From an uncultured Candidatus Saccharibacteria bacterium (GTDB taxonomy: Bacteria; Patescibacteriota; CALEFQ01): a stretch of DNA of 44,637 nt. The position numbers were made by a program, and so were the translations under genes. Location of the stretch: positions 1-44,637 of the forward strand of contig CAZLGC010000003.1 in the NCBI GenBank assembly GCA_964559275.1. Reading direction: 5' to 3'. How positions within the stretch are numbered: the first letter of the stretch is position 1; every line of letters starts with the position of its first letter. Below, piece by piece: positions 1 through 8,357 of the stretch. The notes beneath the pieces are model-generated. The model searched no databases. It saw only the letters and a program-made list of their open reading frames with translations, and had not been told where the DNA came from.

Positions 1-482
1 ATGCTTTCTACAAAATCCAGGAAGCCTGGGAGTCGCAGAACCTGAACATTGGCCGGCCGTACATGTCTGATCAAATCATGCAGCGATATGCTAACCAAAT
101 CAGTGATATTCAATCGCGAGGGGAGCGTAATGTGATTGAAAATATGGTGATCGGCCACCAAACCATCACCCAGGTCAAGAGTGACGAAAAATACGATTAC
201 ATCACCGTCCGGATCGATGCCAGTGCCACCGATTATACAGTTGATAAGAACAACAAGATTATCCGCGGGGACCAGAAAATTAAGCCGTTTACCGAGTACT
301 GGACTTTCATGCGCAAGGGTGATGTCAAGTCCGATCCCAAAAAAGGCGCTCAGGCCAATACTTGTCCTAACTGCGGGGCGCCACTGCAGCTGAATGCCAC
401 CGGGCAGTGTGAGTACTGTAATACGATTGTGACCAGTGGTGATTACGACTGGGTGCTTTCTGAAATAACACAGGCGCGCTAG
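1..482 (+). CDS. Tim44-like domain protein, C-terminal part with Cys4 zinc ribbon (5' end lies outside the window)
   Basis: The frame of ORF 63..482 stays open back to nt 3 (AFYKIQEAWESQNLNIGRPY...), so the gene starts upstream of the window. The FxKIQEAW and YWTF patterns are typical of Tim44-like domains. A CPNC...CEYC ribbon sits near the C-terminus. Confidence 0.55.
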   Translation, partial: AFYKIQEAWESQNLNIGRPYMSDQIMQRYANQISDIQSRGERNVIENMVIGHQTITQVKSDEKYDYITVRIDASATDYTVDKNNKIIRGDQKIKPFTEYWTFMRKGDVKSDPKKGAQANTCPNCGAPLQLNATGQCEYCNTIVTSGDYDWVLSEITQAR

Positions 483-486
483 TAGA

Positions 487-524
487 TAAAACAAAACGAC
501 CCGAAAAAGGGCCGTTTTGTTTTG
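487..524. terminator. Bidirectional intrinsic terminator between convergent genes
   Basis: aaaacaaaacgaccc-gaaaaa-gggccgttttgtttt forms a stem of about 15 bp with one mismatch. A/T tracts lie on both sides. It sits between the stop codons of the Tim44-like gene (+) and cdd (-). Confidence 0.6.
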
Positions 525-529
525 TAGTT

Positions 530-946
530 TTACTTATCGAATGCCTTGGGGAGTAGTTCTTGCGCATTTGCAGTAACAACCGAATCGTCAGTGGTGTTAT
601 AATCGATAACTTCTATATCATGACCTTGCCGCTTCACAGCTTCCAGCAGAAATTGCCGGCATTGGCCACAGGGGGTGATTGAATCGGCAGAGGCGACGGC
701 AATTGCCTTGAGGTCGGTCTCGTCGGCGGCATTGGCGGCAGCCAGTGCGGCCTGTTCAGCGCAGATGGAGTCGTGGGCAACGCTCTCAAAATTTGCACCA
801 GTTATGATCTTGCCGGTACTGGTCAGCACCGCCGCTCCCACCGGGAATTTGGAATAGGGGCTGTAGGAGTGCGCCATCGCTTTCTTGGCATCGGCAACGA
901 GTGATTGGTATTCGATCGGGATATCCGCTAGCTTGGTATCTTCCAT
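530..946 (-). CDS. cdd: Cytidine deaminase
   Basis: 138 aa. Zinc-binding motifs CAEQAA and PCGQCRQ are present. The SPYSKFPVGAA N-terminal motif is typical of homotetrameric Cdd. Confidence 0.9.
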   Translation of the reverse strand: MEDTKLADIPIEYQSLVADAKKAMAHSYSPYSKFPVGAAVLTSTGKIITGANFESVAHDSICAEQAALAAANAADETDLKAIAVASADSITPCGQCRQFLLEAVKRQGHDIEVIDYNTTDDSVVTANAQELLPKAFDK

Positions 947-1006
947 GTTTTTGGGTTTACTTGTTCTCTAATCTAGGTTACCATAAAAAGAAGCTAAACA
1001 GAAATT

Positions 1007-2011
1007 ATGTCTACAGATCTAATCATAATTTTGGTTGTCGTAATGGCCGCTTTTGCCGTCATTTTGATATGGCAGCAGCGGTCTTTTCGCAAGCTGCAAA
1101 AAGGGGGAGATGTTGACGAAAATCTGAAAGGCTGGATAGAATCGACTAAGCAGGATATGGAAGAGATGAAACGGGAAGTTCGGGGTGGATTAGACAAGAA
1201 TTCGGAGGTTTTGCAATCACAGCTGGGAGCGACTAACAAGGCCATTAACGAGCGCCTGGACAAAGCGGCCGCTTTTATGAAAACGATTGGCGACGAAGTT
1301 GGGCAAATGCGGGAACTGGGTAAAAGCATGAAAGATCTGCAGGACTTCTTGCAGTCGCCCAAGCTGCGTGGCAATGTTGGTGAGCAAATTCTCAGGGATT
1401 TGCTCGATCAGGTTCTGCCGGCGGCAAATTTTACCACCCAGTACAAGTTCAAGGAAGGCCAGGTGGTAGATGCAATTATCAAGACAGACAACGGACTGAT
1501 TCCGATTGACTCCAAATTCCCGATGGAAAATGCCAAAAAGCTTTTTCAGGTTGAAACTGAAGAAGAGAAAACTGCCATTCGGCGTGAATTTGCCAAGGAT
1601 GTCCGTAAGCACGTGAATGATATTTCCAAAAAGTATATTTTGCCCAGCGAAGGCACGGTTGATTTCGCGATTATGTATATACCTTCCGAGGCCGTCTACT
1701 ATGAAGCGGTGGCCAACATTCCCGAGCTGATTGATTTTGGGCAGGAGAAAAAGGTCTTCATGGTGGCGCCCAATAGCTTTTACTATTTTCTACAGACTGT
1801 CATGCTGGGGCTCAAAGGCAAGAAAATCGGCGAGAAGGCCAAGCACATCATGGAAATGCTCGGCACTATCCAGCAGGAGTCGCAGAAATTTGGCGAGCAG
1901 CTGGGAGTGCTCAATCGCCATGTCACTAATGCGAAGAATTCGATGGATAATGTGTCGGGGGAATACGGGAAGCTGTCTGGTAAAATTGATCAGGTGAAGC
2001 TCTTGGAATAA
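1007..2011 (+). CDS. rmuC: DNA recombination protein RmuC
   Basis: 334 aa with an N-terminal TM helix and a coiled coil. The LQSPKLRGNVGEQILRDLL motif and a C-terminal nuclease-like region (FAIMYIPSEAVY) are characteristic of the RmuC family. Confidence 0.85.
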   Translation: MSTDLIIILVVVMAAFAVILIWQQRSFRKLQKGGDVDENLKGWIESTKQDMEEMKREVRGGLDKNSEVLQSQLGATNKAINERLDKAAAFMKTIGDEVGQMRELGKSMKDLQDFLQSPKLRGNVGEQILRDLLDQVLPAANFTTQYKFKEGQVVDAIIKTDNGLIPIDSKFPMENAKKLFQVETEEEKTAIRREFAKDVRKHVNDISKKYILPSEGTVDFAIMYIPSEAVYYEAVANIPELIDFGQEKKVFMVAPNSFYYFLQTVMLGLKGKKIGEKAKHIMEMLGTIQQESQKFGEQLGVLNRHVTNAKNSMDNVSGEYGKLSGKIDQVKLLE

Positions 2012-2141
2012 ATCAAACCCAAAATCCAAAAAGCAAACCCAAAGCAACTCCAAGTTTAAAGACAACTCCAAATGATTAGAGTTTTAATTTGAGCTTGGAG
2101 TTGCTTTGCTTTTGAACTTTGAACTTTGAGTTTGGGTTTTA
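2012..2141. repeat. About 130 nt imperfect palindrome of A/C-rich (CCAAA/CTCAAA) units
   Basis: There is a perfect 15-bp inverted repeat, caaagcaactccaag (2040..2054) against cttggagttgctttg (2094..2108). The outer arms also pair (aaacccaaa... against ...tttgggttt). It fills the rmuC-alr spacer. Confidence 0.7.
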
Positions 2142-2177
2142 TTGTCCTCTTTGAGGAAATTGTCTATAATATTATCC

Positions 2178-3311
2178 ATGCGTACCTCAATTGAAATCAA
2201 CCGTTCAGCGCTGACAAACAATATCAAGGTTTTTCGGAAACTCGTTGGTAAAAAGCGAGTTTTAAGCGTCGCTGTAAAGGCCAATTCCTACGGTCACGGT
2301 TTAGTGGAGGCTTCAGGAATTTTCGTCAAAGCCGGGGCGGACTGGCTGATTGTTGATTCGGTGGAGGAGGGGATTGAGTTACGGGAAGCCGGTATTGATG
2401 TCCCGATTCTGATTGTGGGCTACGTGCCCCTCAAACAATTAGGGAAGCTTTTTGACTACGATTTCCGGGCGGTAGTCTATAACAAGCAGACGGCAAAGAA
2501 ACTGTCGACTTTAGCCAACTCACGCAGAAAAAAAATCGGAGTCCATGTCAAAATCGAAACCGGCACCACCCGTCAGGGAGTCACCCCCAAAGAAATAATT
2601 CCGTTTATCAAGACAATAAAGTCCGATTATATCGATATCGAAGGGGCGCTGACTCATTTTGCCAATATTGAAGATGTCCTGGAGCATGATTTTGCGGATA
2701 AGCAGCTGGATATTTTTAAATCGACAGTTGAACTCTTGAAAGCTCATAAGCTGCCGCTCAAATATGTGCATTGTGCTAATTCCGGGGCGGCTATTCTTTT
2801 CCCGAAAACTCATTTCAACATGGTTCGGGTCGGAATCGGCGCTTACGGGATGTGGCCCTCCCAGGAAACTAAGCTGACGGCGATGAGAATGCACCGCAAT
2901 CAACTCGGCTTGCAGCCGGCGATGACGGTGAAATCGATGATTGCCCAGATAAAAGATGTCCCGGCCGGTAGTTATGTTGGCTACGGTTGTACTTACAAGA
3001 CGACTAAAAAATCAAAGATTGCCATTGTCCCGATTGGATACTTCGATGGTTATGACCGCAAGCTTTCTAATACTGGCTATGTTCTCATTCATGGGAAACG
3101 GGCGCCGGTGCGGGGGCGGGTGTGCATGAATATGATAATGGTTGATATTTCCGATATTTCCAACGTGCGGCTGGAAGACCCGGTGGTGATAATGGGTAAA
3201 CAGAAGAGTGAAAGCATTACAGCGGAACAACTGGGTGAGTGGATTGGCACGATAAATTATGAGGTGACGACGAGATTTAGAGAAGGCTTGCCGCGGGTTA
3301 TTAAGAAATAG
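2178..3311 (+). CDS. alr: Alanine racemase
   Basis: The PLP-lysine motif VKANSYGHG is present. The N-terminus MRTSIEINRSALTNNI aligns with Alr N-termini. I prefer the ATG at 2178 over the TTG at 2142 used by the ORF track. A TATAAT at 2163..2168 lies just upstream. Confidence 0.9.
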   Translation: MRTSIEINRSALTNNIKVFRKLVGKKRVLSVAVKANSYGHGLVEASGIFVKAGADWLIVDSVEEGIELREAGIDVPILIVGYVPLKQLGKLFDYDFRAVVYNKQTAKKLSTLANSRRKKIGVHVKIETGTTRQGVTPKEIIPFIKTIKSDYIDIEGALTHFANIEDVLEHDFADKQLDIFKSTVELLKAHKLPLKYVHCANSGAAILFPKTHFNMVRVGIGAYGMWPSQETKLTAMRMHRNQLGLQPAMTVKSMIAQIKDVPAGSYVGYGCTYKTTKKSKIAIVPIGYFDGYDRKLSNTGYVLIHGKRAPVRGRVCMNMIMVDISDISNVRLEDPVVIMGKQKSESITAEQLGEWIGTINYEVTTRFREGLPRVIKK

Positions 3312-3344
3312 GAACCCAAAAATCTAAAATAAATTAAAATTTTG

Positions 3345-3372
3345 AACTCCGCCGAGGCTGGGAGTTTTTTTG
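3345..3372 (+). terminator. Intrinsic terminator after alr
   Basis: aactcc-gccgaggctg-ggagtt is followed by ttttttt. Confidence 0.55.
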
Positions 3373-3410
3373 TTGAATTTTTATCTTGGGGTTTAAGCAC
3401 CAGGGTTGGA

Positions 3411-3455
3411 ACAAAAGAAAACGGGCGGCGAAAGCGTGTTGCTTTCGTCGCCCGT
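3411..3455 (-). terminator. Intrinsic terminator closing the GC-rich minus-strand block
   Basis: On the minus strand, acgggcgacgaaagc-aacac-gctttcgccgcccgt forms a stem of about 15 bp with one G-U pair, followed by tttcttttgt. It lies 8 nt past the AAA+ stop codon. Confidence 0.6.
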
Positions 3456-3462
3456 AGATTCA

Positions 3463-5241
3463 CTAGCGGATACCCAGGATCTCCAGTTCCTGAATTCGCG
3501 CCTCCCAGGCCAGTCTTTTCTCCGGAGTACTCGGCTCCGGCAGCAGGCTCTGGCGGGTGCAAGCTAGCATGGCCTGCAGACTCTGGTATTCTCTGGTCAA
3601 ACCGACGTTTGGCAGGATCTGATCCTCAATGGCAGCCAGGATCTCGTCGACAGTCAGTGTGCCGTCACGTCCGGCCTTGGCAACCAGTTCGTCCCGGAGT
3701 CCGGCGTAGGCAGCGGCGTAGTAACCGGTGGTAGCAGCTTCGATTCGGTCCATTTCCTCCGGCGAGAATTTCTCTCCGGAAGGCAGCACCGGCTTCAGCA
3801 TCCAGTTCAGGAAGTCCTTACGGTCAGCTTCACTCGGATCCAGAATGGGCAGAATCAGGCTGCCGGCCCGGCCAACGCGTCTGAGGTCCGGAGAGAGCTG
3901 ATGAATCCGGGCAGTGTCCAGCATCCAGAAGATGCGTCCTCGCCACTTGGGATCGGACATCATTTTCTGGAAAGCGGCTGTTGCCCGGCGCTCGGTAGGA
4001 TGAACATCCTTGCCGACGCCACCGAACTGTAGATCCGCTTCCTCGATGTAGACGACCGCTGCATGCAAGGCATCCAGTACTCGGCGCAGACGCTCGATCA
4101 GGATGTCGGTACCCCCGAATTTGCTGGAACGGAAGTTCTTCAGGATCAGTACCGGCAGGTGGCATTCGGCCGCGATGGCCTGGGCCAGAAACGACTTGCC
4201 GCTACCGATCGGGCCGCAAAGCACAGCTCCGGTTAGAGCTCCCGTGCCAGTTCGCTGGATACGAGGGATGAACTCTTTCGAAACGTACTTCTTCAGCTGG
4301 CTGGTTCCGATGACGTCTTTGAGGGTATGCTCCGGACGGAGAAACCCAACGACGTCTTCGGCGCCCAGTGAGGCCTGAATGAACTCCTCAACCTTATCGG
4401 AAACATCCTTGGCTCGAAGCTTTTGTCCGCTGTGAACGGATTCGCGTAGTAGCTGCAGAGTGGCAGCGGTCGAAAGACCGGCGCAGTGCTCGGCCAGCTT
4501 GGTCTGTGAGCTCCAGAGGCGCAGCTCCATAGCGTCAGGTAGTCCGCGGTTGAACCAGGAAATGACATGGCGGTGACTGGAGATGTCAGGGGTGGGAATG
4601 GCGACGTTCATAATCGTCGGGATCCGGAGCACATCGGCATTGATCTTGCTTCTGAGCTCCGAAATCATGACAACCGTGTCGCCACCGTTCGTGAAGGCGG
4701 GATCTGCGAACCAATCGCGACAGGTGATAACCCGTCGCCGGTCCGGCTCGAACAGTCGGGACATCTCGGTGGCAGGCAACAGGAAGTGCGCGTCTTCGAT
4801 GAGAATGAGCAGGGCTTTCGGCAGCACCAGCTGGCCTTGCTCGTTGCACCCGCGGGAGCAGGTGCACATTGCCCGCAGGAGCTCCAAAGCATCTTCGGGA
4901 TTTTTCGCGGCTTTGGCCAGTCTGACGGAGAACTCCTGTGAGCCTTTGGCCCGTCCGCCGGCCCATTGTAGCCACGCTTTTTCGAAAAGTGTACGGTCTT
5001 CCTTGGAGACGAATCGAATCGGTTGGTACGGCTTGTAGGTGATGATAATCCTGCCTTCGGCCCGATCCCAGCGCTCCACCAGGTACTTGTCCAAAGGGAC
5101 GTATTCCCCGATGGAATCGCCTTCGTCAGGCACGAAGAAGAGGTCATCGATGTTGCCGGTGAGCAACACGGCGTTGGCTTGGTGGGAGTTGATGATCTGT
5201 CCCAACCTGGCCATGAATGGATAGGTATAGGAGCGTTTCAT
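3463..5241 (-). CDS. AAA+ ATPase, classic-clade-like C-terminal module preceded by a degenerate ATPase-like N-terminal half
   Basis: 592 aa. Walker A is GPIGSGKS and Walker B is VVYIEEAD. The arginine-rich RRVGRAGSLILPILDP resembles the RPGRFD second region of homology. The N-terminal half shows LLTGNIDD and LILIEDAH at the positions expected for P-loop and Walker B. There is no signal peptide or TM segment. The start codon overlaps the upstream stop as ATGA. Confidence 0.8.
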   Translation of the reverse strand: MKRSYTYPFMARLGQIINSHQANAVLLTGNIDDLFFVPDEGDSIGEYVPLDKYLVERWDRAEGRIIITYKPYQPIRFVSKEDRTLFEKAWLQWAGGRAKGSQEFSVRLAKAAKNPEDALELLRAMCTCSRGCNEQGQLVLPKALLILIEDAHFLLPATEMSRLFEPDRRRVITCRDWFADPAFTNGGDTVVMISELRSKINADVLRIPTIMNVAIPTPDISSHRHVISWFNRGLPDAMELRLWSSQTKLAEHCAGLSTAATLQLLRESVHSGQKLRAKDVSDKVEEFIQASLGAEDVVGFLRPEHTLKDVIGTSQLKKYVSKEFIPRIQRTGTGALTGAVLCGPIGSGKSFLAQAIAAECHLPVLILKNFRSSKFGGTDILIERLRRVLDALHAAVVYIEEADLQFGGVGKDVHPTERRATAAFQKMMSDPKWRGRIFWMLDTARIHQLSPDLRRVGRAGSLILPILDPSEADRKDFLNWMLKPVLPSGEKFSPEEMDRIEAATTGYYAAAYAGLRDELVAKAGRDGTLTVDEILAAIEDQILPNVGLTREYQSLQAMLACTRQSLLPEPSTPEKRLAWEARIQELEILGIR

Positions 5242-6221
5242 CGTAGAGCCTTTTTGGTTCCGTGCTTGTCCCTGACCTCTTGCCAGAAAGTCCGAAAGTA
5301 ATCGGCTGTCTGCAGGATGTCGGGATCATACACGGCCCGAAAGATCTCTTCTCGTTGCTGGGCGAAATCGTGGTAGTCGATCTTCATGTCTGGGGCGTAG
5401 ACGGGAGCTGAGCGATCGTAAACGATGGTGGCGCCAGGAAAGGTCTCGAAAACCTGTTCCCAGTCCCAGTACTGCGAGATGCCGACTACGCGGTCGGCAA
5501 CCGCAATGCCGGAGTTGAGCTCGTGGGTGACCAGCACGATGCTGGTACCGGAGAAAGGCCCGCCTGCTTCCTTGACGGTGACATTGATCTTGAGGAGCAG
5601 CTGGATCAACACCTCGATCGAGCGTTCATCGAGCCCGGTAAAAGGCTCGTCCAGCAGCAGAATGTCCGGGCGCATGATCATTGCTTGCGCAATGGCGACC
5701 CGTCTTTTCATACCGCCGGAAAGCTGATAGGGGTACTTGCTGGCTGCTTTCTCCAGGCCGAAGTCGGCCAGAAGATCACGAGCCTGCTCGAGCTGCTGGC
5801 GTCTGACCCGAAACCATTTCTGCCAGCGGAAGAATTGATCCGGCAGGCTTAGGTCACGCAGCATCAGTCCGTAGGCGACGTTCTTGACCGTCGTCATATA
5901 CGGGAAAAGCGAGTTTTCCTGAAAGACGATGCCGCGATCTAGTCCGGGTCGGGTCACTTCTGCCGGGTCCCCATTATGGGGGCTGTCCGGCGGGGGGTGA
6001 ATGATCACCTTCCCGTTTTTGGCCAGCTGGGTTCCCAGAATGGCCTTCAGTAGCGTGGTTTTGCCACAACCGCTGGGGCCGACACAGGCTACTGCCTGGC
6101 CGCGCACCAGCTGGCAGTTGATCTCGTGCAAAACGTTGTGCGGATTTGCCGGGTCCCCGAACCACTGGGAGACGTGCTGGCATTCCAGAGCAATGTTTTG
6201 CTGCATGGTGTCTGCCGACAT
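5238..6221 (-). CDS. ABC transporter ATP-binding protein (NitT/TauT-like) with C-terminal extension
   Basis: Walker A GPSGCGKTT, Q-loop VFQENSLFP, signature LSGGMKRRV, Walker B LLLDEPFTGLD and H-loop VTHE are all present. I place the start at the ATG at 6221 (MSADTMQQ...), which overlaps the permease stop as TAATG and follows GGAGGAG. The ORF-track start at 6272 is less likely. Confidence 0.9.
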   Translation of the reverse strand: MSADTMQQNIALECQHVSQWFGDPANPHNVLHEINCQLVRGQAVACVGPSGCGKTTLLKAILGTQLAKNGKVIIHPPPDSPHNGDPAEVTRPGLDRGIVFQENSLFPYMTTVKNVAYGLMLRDLSLPDQFFRWQKWFRVRRQQLEQARDLLADFGLEKAASKYPYQLSGGMKRRVAIAQAMIMRPDILLLDEPFTGLDERSIEVLIQLLLKINVTVKEAGGPFSGTSIVLVTHELNSGIAVADRVVGISQYWDWEQVFETFPGATIVYDRSAPVYAPDMKIDYHDFAQQREEIFRAVYDPDILQTADYFRTFWQEVRDKHGTKKALR

Positions 6222-7030
6222 TATTCTCCTCCTTGTGGTAGGTACCACGGGCACAGCTTGCGGCGCAGCCACAGCAGTCCGCGGTTCAAGAGATAGGTTA
6301 CAAGCCCCAGTTCCGCCAGGTAGATGAAGATGACATTCATGTGCATCTGCCTCATCATGATGCGGAGCCGGAACCCGATGCCGACGTCAGCGATGATCCA
6401 CTCAGCTGCGATGATGGCGATAAACGCCAAGGCCATTTGGATCCTCACGCCGTCGATGATCTTGGGCAACACCGTGGGCACGATTGTGTCCATGATGTTT
6501 TCTGCACTGGTAGCACCGTAGGTGTACGTGCGGTCAATGTATTCATCCGGGATGTCCTTGACGGCCAAGCTGATTGAAAGAGCCAGCATGGGAATCACCA
6601 CGAAGGCAATCATGGCCACGAACATTGTTTCACCTGGGCTGAAAACAACGAAGAACGGCGCAATCAACGCCGTTACCGGTAGTGAACTGATCGGCACCAA
6701 CAAGGTTTCGCAAAAGGCTGATACTCGGGGATAACTCCCCATTAGTACTCCCAGCACCACTGCGATCACGCAGCCGATCAGCATGCCGAGTAGGACCCGG
6801 CGTCCGGTGGCGACTGAATCCATGATGATCCAGCGTTCGCCCTCGAACTCATCTTCCTGAAAGGCTTTCTTGAAGCCCTCGGCAAACTGCGTGGCATTGG
6901 GCATGGTGGTGTCGTTCGGGAAACGATGCTTTTGTCTGAGCATCAGTCCCGTATAGACGGCTACCACCAGCACAATTGCCAGCAAACCGATAGCGGTGCG
7001 CTGTCGGCTGGTAATTGGCTGACGAATCAT
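6221..7030 (-). CDS. ABC transporter permease (BPD_transp_1 type, NitT/TauT-like)
   Basis: 269 aa with about 6 hydrophobic helices. An EAA-like loop reads GATSAENIMDTIVPTVLPKIIDG. It lies between SBP and ATPase genes. Confidence 0.85.
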   Translation of the reverse strand: MIRQPITSRQRTAIGLLAIVLVVAVYTGLMLRQKHRFPNDTTMPNATQFAEGFKKAFQEDEFEGERWIIMDSVATGRRVLLGMLIGCVIAVVLGVLMGSYPRVSAFCETLLVPISSLPVTALIAPFFVVFSPGETMFVAMIAFVVIPMLALSISLAVKDIPDEYIDRTYTYGATSAENIMDTIVPTVLPKIIDGVRIQMALAFIAIIAAEWIIADVGIGFRLRIMMRQMHMNVIFIYLAELGLVTYLLNRGLLWLRRKLCPWYLPQGGE

Positions 7031-7144
7031 CCTTCACCTTCCTTTCTGTATCTTTCTCTAAGACATTTCCAGTTTTGATTTCTAGCATTGTCAAAGAACA
7101 ATGCGTTTTTCCTCCTTTCTTCAGACTGTGATAATTCCCAGTTT

Positions 7145-7191
7145 GAAGAAAAGAGGGATTGGCGCGAAGCTGGAAGCTTGCGCCAATCCCT
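7145..7191 (-). terminator. Strong hairpin plus T-tract after the SBP gene (internal attenuator/terminator)
   Basis: On the minus strand, agggattggcgcaagct-tcc-agcttcgcgccaatccct forms about 17 bp with one bulge, followed by cttttcttc. Confidence 0.65.
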
Positions 7192-7208
7192 AAGTTGTCA
7201 ACGAAAGG

Positions 7209-8264
7209 CTACTTGTCGTAGCCCTTGACCCAGGTGGGGTCGAAGCGGAGGTCGCAACGGCCGACTTCATCGGCGGTGCCATAGGCTACCGTCGGCGTTC
7301 GGTCGGTGGCGCCTCGAACCTTGATGAATCCCTGCTGATGGATCATGACCGGAGCCATGTGCTGCTCACTGAGGATCTTCAGGCCATCGGCCCGAGTTCC
7401 GTAGAACTTGCAGCGGGTCCGGATGTCCTTGATCTGCTCGGCAGTGAAGGAGCCGAACTTGGCTCCGACGGCTCGGTGCGCTCGGTCGCTCGTCGAGGCA
7501 TCGGGAGAATCCAGCAACTTGTTCAGCTCGTAGTAGACCTCCACGATCAGGCCGGCGAACCTGGCGCCTTCCGGTTTCTGGAAGACGTCCTGGCCCATCA
7601 CGACCATGTCGACGATTTCGCCCTCGATGGCCTTGGAATCGGCCACGACGTGATAGTCGGGACGCTTGGCCAAGGTTTCGGAGCGCATCGGTTCCCACAG
7701 GGCTCCGTACAGATTCTTGCCCTGTTGGATGGCGGCAGCGACCGCGTCCGGATCCATGGAGGCGAACGGGTATTCCTTCAGATCGAGCCCGGCCTCTTCC
7801 AGATTCCGAACGTAGTTGTACTCGGCCACGCTGACATCCAGGCCGTTGACGGGTTTCCCCTTCAGGTCGGTGAGAGCCTTGATGCTCTTGGGAACACAGA
7901 TGGCGTCCGCACCGTAGCTGGTCGAAGTTGGTAGAATCGCGACGGCGGCTCGCTGCGGCGACAAGATCAGGATATCCAGGTTGGTAAGGCAGGCAGCCTC
8001 ACATTCCCGGGCCCCGTACTTGCCGATGGTACCATCGTAGCTGTCCCACATGATCTGCATATCGACGCCCCACTTCTCTTCGAGTGGGCCGACCTTGCCG
8101 GCATCCTGGTGGATGAGGCGGGCGGCGTGGGCGACGAAGAAGGCGGACCAGCTGGGATACTCGGAAACGGAGATGCGGTAGACCGGCAGCTTGCCGGCCA
8201 TGGTGGTGACCGGAACGATGAGCAGGCCCAGCGCCACGATCAGAATGGTCAAACGGTACTTCAT
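7209..8264 (-). CDS. ABC transporter substrate-binding protein (NMT1/SsuA/TauA-like), secreted
   Basis: The signal peptide is MKYRLTILIVALGLLIVPVTTMAG. The protein has a type-II periplasmic-binding-fold pattern (LWEP...). I place the start at the ATG at 8264, which is 9 nt downstream of AAGGAGG. Confidence 0.8.
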   Translation of the reverse strand: MKYRLTILIVALGLLIVPVTTMAGKLPVYRISVSEYPSWSAFFVAHAARLIHQDAGKVGPLEEKWGVDMQIMWDSYDGTIGKYGARECEAACLTNLDILILSPQRAAVAILPTSTSYGADAICVPKSIKALTDLKGKPVNGLDVSVAEYNYVRNLEEAGLDLKEYPFASMDPDAVAAAIQQGKNLYGALWEPMRSETLAKRPDYHVVADSKAIEGEIVDMVVMGQDVFQKPEGARFAGLIVEVYYELNKLLDSPDASTSDRAHRAVGAKFGSFTAEQIKDIRTRCKFYGTRADGLKILSEQHMAPVMIHQQGFIKVRGATDRTPTVAYGTADEVGRCDLRFDPTWVKGYDK

Positions 8265-8294
8265 TTTTCTTTCCTCCTTCACGATTGATGAACG

Positions 8295-8337
8295 AAAAAG
8301 GTAGCCCGTGGTCAGGTAGTGTCACCGGACCACGGGC
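8295..8337 (-). terminator. Intrinsic terminator after the PspA-like gene
   Basis: A perfect 10-bp stem forms between gcccgtggtc (8304..8313) and gaccacgggc (8328..8337). On the minus strand it is followed by tacctttttcg. Confidence 0.6.
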
Positions 8338-8357
8338 GAATTTACGGTGCTGAGGCG

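Noticed and set aside
3342-3734. 130-aa plus-strand ORF spanning the alr terminator and the 3' end of the AAA+ gene
   Set aside because: It crosses two terminator hairpins and runs antisense to the AAA+ CDS. Its composition is junk-like (Arg/Pro/Gly/Ser-rich).
6849-7094. 81-aa minus-strand ORF overlapping the permease start
   Set aside because: It runs out of frame into the permease CDS and has no SD. The shorter TTG uORF in another frame is the only candidate worth noting in this spacer.
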